IMG/VR virus record: IMGVR_UViG_3300045988_131186 | Location: 1-38,576 of that record | Length of the DNA stretch: 38,576 nt | Reading direction: 5' to 3' (one strand) | DNA from: a virus | Shown: positions 1-6,889 of the stretch, one piece after another | Layout: each line of letters opens with the position of its first letter | How positions within the stretch are numbered: the first letter of the stretch is position 1 | The notes under the pieces: generated by a model | Databases searched by the model: none | What the model was told of the DNA's origin: nothing | The model's input: only the letters and a program-made list of their open reading frames with translations | Translations under genes and position numbers: made by a program

Positions 1-99
1 AATTAGCATCGGAAGCAAACAGCCTGTACAATAGCAGTAAAAGCTATTGGGAGGGCTGTAAAATGGCAAGCAAGAAAGGCAAGAAAAATTTAAAAAAAT
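1..99. repeat. 99-bp terminal direct repeat, identical to 38478-38576; circular-assembly overlap
   Basis: I compared the first 99 nt with the last 99 nt and they are identical. The repeat cuts through the 5' end of the recombinase CDS, so it is an assembly overlap marking a circular molecule rather than a biological end. Confidence 0.95.
3..32 (+). promoter_or_regulatory. Possible promoter of the recombinase gene (TTAGCA-18 nt-TACAAT), with the -35 inside inverted repeat IR-R
   Basis: Hexamers ttagca (3-8) and tacaat (27-32) lie upstream of RBS gggaggg and ATG 63. The same sequence occurs at 38480-38509. The match to consensus is weak. Confidence 0.3.
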
Positions 100-1181
100 A
101 CGATGGCATCATTGGACGTAGGGCGGATGGCGAAGCAGTCACCCGCCCTTTTCGTGGCCGGACGGTCGCGGAGGCAAAGCAGCAATACCACACATATCTC
201 ACAGAACATGGAATAGATGCGGAACGCAAAATCTGCGATGATGAATTTTTGGTGCGCGGTTGGGCGCGCCGCTGGCTGCTGGATTATAAGAAGCCCGCTG
301 TCAGCACGAAAGCATATTACACTACGTATGAAGACCCCGTATATAAGTACATCCTGCCGGAGTTCGGGGATCTCCCGCTTTTCGCCGTCACGTCAGAGCG
401 CGTTGGTGCATTTTACGACCGCATATCTGGTGTGCTTTCTCCGAGTATGTGCAGCAAAGTCAGCATGTGTCTTAACGCGATTTTTGAGACTGCGATATAC
501 AACGACTTGTGCGATAAAAATCCGGCGAAATTTAAGAAACTGAAAAGCAAGAAGCGTGTAAAACGCAAACCCGTCTACTCCGATGCGGAGATACTGACGG
601 CAGAACGGTGGTTTTTGAATAAGATGCCCGAAGTTGTATTACTGCTTGAGACTGGAGCACGGCGCGGCGAAATGGCTGGCTGGCGTTCCGGTGACTTCGA
701 CCTACGGCTACGGGCCTATGACATATCCCGCCAGCTTCAGCGGCAGAAAGGAGGGGTGATCGTTGAACGAGCACCGAAGAATGACAGCTTTCGCACAAAT
801 CCACTGTCGAATGTGGCGATACAGGCATATAAACGCTGCCTGGAAATGTATGGCCCCGGCCCATACCTGGTACATGAGCATGGGGCCGCCCTGAATCCAG
901 AGAAATGGAGCGCACGGCTGAAGCGAGAAATGGAACGCTTCAACAGGGCTTATCCATCCATCCCGCCTCTGACGTCGCACCAACTCAGGCATACCTATGG
1001 CACATGGTTGCGGCGGCACGGTGTGGATATCCATTCCATCGCAAAAATCCTCGGCCATAAGTCCATAGATGTGACCGGGAATACCTATGTGCATAATGAG
1101 CTTGCGACGCTTCGCCGCGCCATCCGATTCAACGCGAAGCAACCCTTAATAATACCCATCAGAGAGGAGCAAACGGCATGA
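63..1181 (+). CDS. Tyrosine recombinase (phage-integrase family); candidate tail-fibre invertase
   Basis: 372 aa. Catalytic signature by eye: ETGARRGE (Arg I), HQLRHTYG (His-x-x-Arg II), LGHKS (His), GNTYVH (Tyr nucleophile). Basic N-terminus with a possible arm-type domain. RBS gggaggg. Lies directly downstream of the invertible fibre segment. Confidence 0.9.
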   Translation: MASKKGKKNLKKYDGIIGRRADGEAVTRPFRGRTVAEAKQQYHTYLTEHGIDAERKICDDEFLVRGWARRWLLDYKKPAVSTKAYYTTYEDPVYKYILPEFGDLPLFAVTSERVGAFYDRISGVLSPSMCSKVSMCLNAIFETAIYNDLCDKNPAKFKKLKSKKRVKRKPVYSDAEILTAERWFLNKMPEVVLLLETGARRGEMAGWRSGDFDLRLRAYDISRQLQRQKGGVIVERAPKNDSFRTNPLSNVAIQAYKRCLEMYGPGPYLVHEHGAALNPEKWSARLKREMERFNRAYPSIPPLTSHQLRHTYGTWLRRHGVDIHSIAKILGHKSIDVTGNTYVHNELATLRRAIRFNAKQPLIIPIREEQTA

Positions 1182-1558
1182 GCCTTATCAAATTGGCCAA
1201 CGGACACAAGTATGAAATTGAGCAGCCCAACGAGGGCGAAGGCATGCTGCGCAACCGCCGTCGTAATACCGTGCAGATCACATTCCGGGCGGATGCAGAA
1301 CAGTTTGACGCCATCCGGGCGGATATCGTCCCCGACAACCTTGAAATCTTTACCATCTATTACCCAGACAACGAGACGGCGGATGAACCGGATGAACAGT
1401 TGACCGGAGTTGCGCATAAGGATTTTTCCGCATACGCCCTTGTGGGCGACTGGGAGGATAAAGAGGTCGAGAAACAGAAAGAAACCAGCAAAGCCCCGGC
1501 CGTATACGGGCGTCAGTTATCCGTTACGCTCGGAGAACGGCTGGCAAGCGATATTTAA
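1178..1558 (+). CDS. Hypothetical acidic protein, translationally coupled to the recombinase
   Basis: 126 aa. The start overlaps the recombinase stop as ATGA. No recognisable motif. Confidence 0.6.
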   Translation: MSLIKLANGHKYEIEQPNEGEGMLRNRRRNTVQITFRADAEQFDAIRADIVPDNLEIFTIYYPDNETADEPDEQLTGVAHKDFSAYALVGDWEDKEVEKQKETSKAPAVYGRQLSVTLGERLASDI

Positions 1559-1572
1559 GCGGGGGGAACGCG

Positions 1573-1986
1573 ATGGCATGGATAACGCCAAAAACTGATT
1601 GGCAGGAAACAGACCCCGTTATGCTCGACCCGGACTATGTCCGTATCCGAGGTAATATTCTGCATCTGCGGGACATGGCCCGGCAGTTATATCTGCCGTT
1701 CCCTCTGGCAGATATGGCAGACTATGGCCCGGCAGAATTTCCGTATGTGGAGTTCTTTACCAACGTGGATAACAATGTGGACGCGCTGCTGGACAACACG
1801 TTCCGTCCACCCCGCTCGGAGCGGGCGCGGGCATATGCAGCCAACGGCCGAGTATGGAACTATGACGACCTGAACCGCATCGAGAGCGCACTGCTGGGGC
1901 TGCACACAACCCTGACGGCAGAGCAGAACGCAAGGCAGACGTTAGCCTTTACCATGGGAGGTGGAATATTTGGCGCGTGCATTTAA
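1573..1986 (+). CDS. Hypothetical tail-fibre-associated protein
   Basis: 137 aa. The N-terminus MAWITPKTDW...DYVRIRGN...NRIES resembles small proteins that follow tail-fibre genes in Firmicute prophages (recalled pattern, not searched). RBS ggggg. Confidence 0.55.
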   Translation: MAWITPKTDWQETDPVMLDPDYVRIRGNILHLRDMARQLYLPFPLADMADYGPAEFPYVEFFTNVDNNVDALLDNTFRPPRSERARAYAANGRVWNYDDLNRIESALLGLHTTLTAEQNARQTLAFTMGGGIFGACI

Positions 1987-2485
1987 AGACATGATTGTGC
2001 AGGAAGCGGACGGAAAGCCCCGGCTGACATTCCGCAACCGACAAGGCGCGGCGGTGCTGGAGGATGTTTCCGTGGAAGTGTCCAGCACTGTCCAACAACA
2101 GGGCGACGCCTGGGGCGCGTTGGAAGCGAATCTGTTGATGGAACTGGACGACGACGATGTACCATATGCAGTCGCACCGGAGTTCACGCCCGCGGCCGCT
2201 CCGGCGGCACTCACTCCGCGGGAGAAACTGGCAACAGCTTTTGGTAAATTGGCCGCGGCGGTGTCGGCGTTGATCTCTCATATGGTCGACAAGAATAACC
2301 CTCATGTGACAACCGCCGCGCAGGTGGGCTCTTATACCAAATCCGAGACCGACAGCAAACTGACCGGGAAGGCCAATACCAGCGGGACATATTCGGGGCT
2401 GACCGCCGGGAACAGTCTGAAGATCGGCGGCAAGACCTTCAGCATGAACATGAATGGCGACGATCTTGAAATCTGGTGGCAGTGA
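1961..2485 (+). CDS. Tail-fibre-like protein (paralogous module to the main fibre)
   Basis: 174 aa with a GTG start in the ORF track; an ATG at 1990 is an alternative start. It shares EKLATAFGKLAAAVSALISH and NPHVTTAAQVG with the main fibre (EKLSVAFGKLAASVSALIAH, NPHGVTKTQVG). Confidence 0.6.
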   Translation: MEYLARAFKDMIVQEADGKPRLTFRNRQGAAVLEDVSVEVSSTVQQQGDAWGALEANLLMELDDDDVPYAVAPEFTPAAAPAALTPREKLATAFGKLAAAVSALISHMVDKNNPHVTTAAQVGSYTKSETDSKLTGKANTSGTYSGLTAGNSLKIGGKTFSMNMNGDDLEIWWQ

Positions 2486-3102
2486 TGGGGCTGAAATTCA
2501 ACGGGCGGCTTATCCCGCAAAGTGCGCATGTCCGATTTAACGGTCTTGACCGTGCCCGGGTACTGTTCAACGGCCGCGTGGTCTGGCAGCGTATCCCTGA
2601 CTACCTGTACAATGCAGGGGATCAGATCACCGAGTGGACGGGCGGCTGGCAGCAGAAGGACACCTATATGGCTCACAATGATTATTGGTTCGGCAATACG
2701 CCTGGCGCGGTATCTGGCCTGAATGGCCAACTGACCATCAATGCAGACAACATGAAAGCGTACATGCCCTATGATGGACAGCTCTATCAGGGCGTACTTG
2801 TGTCTACGGTGAAGCAGATAGATTTGACGCACATTTCCGGGCTGACGGCTATTTTTACCGCCTCCGAGATGTGGGGCGGTGGATACGCAAGCATGGGTGT
2901 CACGCAGAGGTTTGAAAATAAATATCAGCCCATCTCGGCGACGGGCGGCGTATGTAGCCGTATCAGTTTTAACACAGCAGGACCGCATTCTGTGACGCTG
3001 GACACCACGCAGCTCACCGGACTGTATTTTGTGTGCTTCACAACGTGCGTGGACAATGGCGCAAAACTGAGTACATATTTACAAAGAATCAAAGTGTCAT
3101 AA
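2485..3102 (+). CDS. Hypothetical tail-associated protein
   Basis: ATG 2485 overlaps the previous stop as TGATG; the ORF track gives a GTG at 2476. 205 aa, no recognised motif. Placement is by position inside the fibre cluster. Confidence 0.5.
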   Translation: MGLKFNGRLIPQSAHVRFNGLDRARVLFNGRVVWQRIPDYLYNAGDQITEWTGGWQQKDTYMAHNDYWFGNTPGAVSGLNGQLTINADNMKAYMPYDGQLYQGVLVSTVKQIDLTHISGLTAIFTASEMWGGGYASMGVTQRFENKYQPISATGGVCSRISFNTAGPHSVTLDTTQLTGLYFVCFTTCVDNGAKLSTYLQRIKVS

Positions 3103-3116
3103 AGGAGGCATGATAT

Positions 3117-4007
3117 ATGGCTATTTTTAAGGGCCGCACGCGGGTGCGGTACGGGTACAGCCGGTGGGGCTATACCCGAAACAACGGCAAGGGCTGGCAC
3201 GGCGGCAGTGATGAGGAAGGATTAGATAGCACCACCATCCTGATGCCTGATTATAAGGGCAAAAGCATTTCCGGGCGGGTTATTACGGCCCGCAAAGTGG
3301 ACAAGTCCACAGGCAGCAAAACGTGGGAATGGGGTTGGTATGTGTGCGTGGAGCTGGACGCGGGCCAGACGCCGGACGCGGTGAACTACCTGTATTTCTG
3401 CCACAACGCGCGGAATCTGGTATCCGTGGGCCAGCGGGTGAAAAGCGGTGATGCGCTGGCGGTGATGGGCAACACGGGCAACGCGGCGCTGGCAAGCCCG
3501 CCCTTTGCACACTGCCATTTCGAGGTGCGGGCCACGACCACCGGGGCGGGGCTTGATCCTACGGCATACACTGGGCACCCCAACGCTGTGGGGACATATG
3601 GCGAAGCAATCGACGAAACGGAGGACAACGACATGAAATTTTTGAAGGTGACAAGCGGCAAGTGCGAGGTGTTCACCGCGCCCGATGTGAATGCGGTGGA
3701 CAAGGCCTATAACGGCGGCAAGCTGACCGAGGGGACATGCTATCCGGTGCAGGCCGAGGTGGGCAACTCCGGCGGGTACAGCTGGGTTCGCATCTTCGTG
3801 GCGGGAGTGCAGCGTTACGCCGCCGTGCTGGCCGACCGCTGCCAGCTTGTGACGCTTTCCCCGGGCGATGCGTTCGCGGCCTGTGTGGCGCAGGGCGGCG
3901 GCGAAGACACGGCGGAATTGGAAGCGCAGCTTGAAGCAGCAAACGCCCGCGCCGATGAAGCGGACAAGCGTCTTGCAGACGTAAAGGCATACGTCGCGGG
4001 GGTATAG
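3117..4007 (+). CDS. Endolysin: M23 (LytM-type) peptidase with a C-terminal binding domain and coiled-coil tail
   Basis: 296 aa. Strong RBS aaggagg. M23 metal motifs HGGSD (HxxxD) and HCHFE (HxH). The C-terminal half is SH3-like in character, followed by ELEAQLEAANARADEADKRL. Confidence 0.85.
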   Translation: MAIFKGRTRVRYGYSRWGYTRNNGKGWHGGSDEEGLDSTTILMPDYKGKSISGRVITARKVDKSTGSKTWEWGWYVCVELDAGQTPDAVNYLYFCHNARNLVSVGQRVKSGDALAVMGNTGNAALASPPFAHCHFEVRATTTGAGLDPTAYTGHPNAVGTYGEAIDETEDNDMKFLKVTSGKCEVFTAPDVNAVDKAYNGGKLTEGTCYPVQAEVGNSGGYSWVRIFVAGVQRYAAVLADRCQLVTLSPGDAFAACVAQGGGEDTAELEAQLEAANARADEADKRLADVKAYVAGV

Positions 4008-4009
4008 AT

Positions 4010-4267
4010 GTGGCTCAATATCAAAAAAAGCCTGTTACAGTGGAAGCTGTGAGGTTTGATTATTCTACAGAGTGCATTTCCGCGCTGCTTGCACTCGGGC
4101 TTGACCCGGTCCGCATAAGCTATGCGGGCACAGCACCAACATTGCGTATTGGTACGCTTGAGGGAACGATGACCGCACAGCTCGGCGATTATATCATCCG
4201 CGGGGTGAACGGTGAGTTCTATCCTTGCAAGCCGGATATCTTTGAGAAAACTTATGAGGAGGTATAG
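4010..4267 (+). CDS. Small conserved phage protein of unknown function
   Basis: 85 aa with a GTG start. The motif GDYIIRGVNGEFYPCKPDIFEKTYE recurs in many phage and prophage small proteins (recalled). Confidence 0.6.
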   Translation: MAQYQKKPVTVEAVRFDYSTECISALLALGLDPVRISYAGTAPTLRIGTLEGTMTAQLGDYIIRGVNGEFYPCKPDIFEKTYEEV

Positions 4268-4270
4268 GCC

Positions 4271-4579
4271 GTGTGGGACTTCCTCCAAAACTTGTTTACG
4301 GCACTCCTGCCCATCGTAACGGCGTTTGCCGGGTGGGCGGGCGCGCGCATCCGAAACACAAACCAGAAGGACAAGGCTGTGGAGCGCGGCGTGAAAATGC
4401 TATTGCGCGCGAAAATCATCGACCTGGGCCTGCACTACCTTGAGGCCGGAGAAATTCCGCCCTACGGCATGGAAACGTTGAAAGGCTGCTACAAGGAATA
4501 CGAGGCACTGGGCGACGGCGATCATTCTGTGGGAGATATCGTCCGGCGCTGTGAAACACTTAAAATCAGAAACGGATAG
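4271..4579 (+). CDS. N-terminally membrane-anchored protein, possible lysis accessory or holin-like protein
   Basis: 102 aa. GTG start 8 nt after gaggagg. One N-terminal hydrophobic helix (LFTALLPIVTAFAGWAG). Lies between the endolysin and the holin. Confidence 0.5.
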   Translation: MWDFLQNLFTALLPIVTAFAGWAGARIRNTNQKDKAVERGVKMLLRAKIIDLGLHYLEAGEIPPYGMETLKGCYKEYEALGDGDHSVGDIVRRCETLKIRNG

Positions 4580-4593
4580 AAAGGAAAAGAACA

Positions 4594-4902
4594 ATGAACA
4601 TGATCGTACTTGTACTTATGATGGCCGTAACGGTGGAGGCACTGATCGAATACGCTAAGACCTTCGGCAAAGCAATCATCGAAAAGCAGTGGAAAACCGC
4701 CGCCACGCAGGCGGGGGCCGTTGCTCTGGGCGTGCTGCTATGCTTTGGTGTTGGAGCTGACTTCTACGCCGCGCTGGGTGTGAATTTCAACGTGGCATGG
4801 ATTGGCATTGCGCTTACGGGAGTCTTTGCCAGTCGTGGCGCGAACTATGTATCCGACCTTGTGAAGAAGTTGCAGGCGCTGGGCGCGGCAAAAACCGAAT
4901 AG
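4594..4902 (+). CDS. Holin
   Basis: 102 aa with 2-3 hydrophobic helices and a charged C-terminus (KKLQALGAAKTE). The TVEALIEYAK-type N-terminus is typical of Firmicute phage holins. It is the last gene of the late operon before a terminator. Confidence 0.7.
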   Translation: MNMIVLVLMMAVTVEALIEYAKTFGKAIIEKQWKTAATQAGAVALGVLLCFGVGADFYAALGVNFNVAWIGIALTGVFASRGANYVSDLVKKLQALGAAKTE

Positions 4903-4915
4903 TATATGACGAAAA

Positions 4916-4958
4916 CCCCCGGTTCAGGATTTTTGATTCCTGGCCGGGGGCTTTTTTA
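4916..4958 (+). terminator. Rho-independent terminator ending the late/lysis operon
   Basis: GC-rich hairpin cccccggttcagga / tcctggccggggg followed by cttttttatttt. Confidence 0.75.
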
Positions 4959-5133
4959 TTTTATAGAAAACTGCCCCGCCCATGAATAACGGACGAGGGC
5001 AGCGTGCACCGCGCGAAGTGGGGAGCGCGGCTATGAGGATACAATACCACAATAGTATGGTTTTGTCAGCTAAAATTCCGTTAAATTTATACAGTTCATC
5101 AACGATGCAAGAGGACAAGAATGCAATGAGGTA

Positions 5134-5169
5134 AAATAATAAAAGAAAGAGCTGCACATTGGCAGCTCT
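5134..5169 (-). terminator. Terminator of the leftward lysogeny operon
   Basis: Hairpin agagctgc (5148-5155) / gcagctct (5162-5169), immediately after the integrase stop. On the - strand it is followed by ttcttttattatttt. Confidence 0.6.
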
Positions 5170-5172
5170 CTT

Positions 5173-6849
5173 TTAAGCGCGTGGTATACTCCACGCAAAT
5201 ATGAGATATTGCAGGCCATCAAGCATCCTGCAAGTACTATACATATGGTGACCCGACCCGTTTTCGGGTGTTGTATGGTACTTTTCACCGCTTGCGCTTT
5301 CTGAAGGAAACAACTCCGGGTGCTGCGGCCTGGATTTCGTTGGATCAGGATCTGTCCCATCCGTAGAAATCAATGTTTTAATCTCGATGGTATCTGTGCG
5401 TATATTCACGCGGCTTACAACGGCCAGTATAAGTTTTAATCCTTCGGGTGTGTCAATATCTACCTTCGCCACATTTTCTACACAGCGGCGAATCGTAGCG
5501 TCGTCAAGCCCTACATAGCCCTTATATTGATTCAGCTCTGCCGTTTCTGCTTCGATTTTTGCCTTTTCTTCTTCCAAGCGCCTGACCTTTTCTTTCAGCT
5601 CCGCGCTGACCACGCCTTCCAAAAGCGCGTTAACACCATTTTCCAGTTGGCGGCATACACGCGTATACCGGGATGCCAACTCTGCGCGACGTGTATCGTA
5701 TTCGGTAGTGATTTGCCGCTCCTGGTCGCGTGCTACATCAACCAGCATTTCAATATTGGCTGGCTCATTCAGCATTTGCTTAATACTGGCCGCGACCGTC
5801 TGTTCCAGCCACTCCGTACGAACATTTTTCATTTTGCATGTATGTGTACGCCTTTTATTATTGCACTCATAGTATTGGTAACCGGATGCCTTGCTTCCCA
5901 TCACCACCATGCTGGCGCCACAGTCACCGCAGAATACACGGCCGGTGAGCAGATATTCGCGCTTGGCACTGTATCTCCCGCCAGCCCCCTTGCGTGTTCG
6001 GATTCGGGACTGTACCTGCTCCCACAATTCTTGTTCAATGATAGCCGGTACACCGTTCTCAACCACAATAGCGTCCTCTTTGCTTTTGGCGTGACTATTC
6101 CAGCGTCCGTCCGCCTGTGCCTTGGTGGCGCCGTAAACAAGGCGGCCGATATATTTTTCGTTTTTGAGCAGGTCAAAAATGGAGTTTTTCCCGAACGGTT
6201 GGCCCCGTTTTGTAAGATATCCTCGGCTGTTCAATTCGTCTACGATTTCTCCGTAACTGAATCCCCGTGCGAATAGTTGAAACACAAGGCGCACGGCCCC
6301 TGCTTCATGCTCATTGACCACATACTTTTTGTCCTTGTCAAGATCGTACCCTAGGGGCGGCTTACCGCCGGAGGATTTGCCCTCCCGGGCGTTATGCTTC
6401 AGCGCATCTATTGTTTTCTGGCGCGTTATCAGAACCTGCGCGTGATTGAGCATCGCTGTTGCAGCTTCATTGATGAATACTGCGGGGTCTTTAAGATCTC
6501 CTCCCACCATTGGCTGCGTCACACTGGCCACCCGTGCTCCCAGCATATCCACGTCTTTCCGGAACTGAAACCACTCGGTAAATTCGCGGAACATACGGCT
6601 TTGGTCGTATACGACCACAAGCTGCGCGCCGCCCATGCCCAAGTGCATCATGCAGGCTTCATAACCGGCACGGGTCTCTTTCATGCCGGAAACAGCTTCA
6701 TCGGAGAATATTTTTCCCACCTGATAACCATTGCGCTCACACCATTCGCGGCATTTTTCCACCTGAACGTCGATGGTCACGGGATTCTGATTGTCTGTTG
6801 AGTACCGGGCCAGAATATCGGCTACCGGGCGGGCAGCAAATTCATCCAT
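5173..6849 (-). CDS. Large serine recombinase (phage integrase type)
   Basis: 558 aa from ATG 6849 (RBS aaaggga); the ORF track extends to 6933. N-terminal resolvase-type catalytic motif ARYSTDNQ, a recombinase domain, a Cys-rich zinc-ribbon (CGDCG...CNNKRRTHTC) and a coiled-coil region. Confidence 0.9.
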   Translation of the reverse strand: MDEFAARPVADILARYSTDNQNPVTIDVQVEKCREWCERNGYQVGKIFSDEAVSGMKETRAGYEACMMHLGMGGAQLVVVYDQSRMFREFTEWFQFRKDVDMLGARVASVTQPMVGGDLKDPAVFINEAATAMLNHAQVLITRQKTIDALKHNAREGKSSGGKPPLGYDLDKDKKYVVNEHEAGAVRLVFQLFARGFSYGEIVDELNSRGYLTKRGQPFGKNSIFDLLKNEKYIGRLVYGATKAQADGRWNSHAKSKEDAIVVENGVPAIIEQELWEQVQSRIRTRKGAGGRYSAKREYLLTGRVFCGDCGASMVVMGSKASGYQYYECNNKRRTHTCKMKNVRTEWLEQTVAASIKQMLNEPANIEMLVDVARDQERQITTEYDTRRAELASRYTRVCRQLENGVNALLEGVVSAELKEKVRRLEEEKAKIEAETAELNQYKGYVGLDDATIRRCVENVAKVDIDTPEGLKLILAVVSRVNIRTDTIEIKTLISTDGTDPDPTKSRPQHPELFPSESASGEKYHTTPENGSGHHMYSTCRMLDGLQYLIFAWSIPRA

Positions 6850-6889
6850 ATCGTTTCCCTTTCTAAGGCATCCATACATAAAGAACCTT

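Noticed and set aside
4924-5157. A 77-aa minus-strand ORF with two hydrophobic segments in the AT-rich gap (possible small toxin or moron)
   Set aside because: Its ATG lies inside the integrase terminator stem. It has no RBS, and its 3' part runs through the holin terminator hairpin. It is probably spurious, but Ribo-seq could revisit it.
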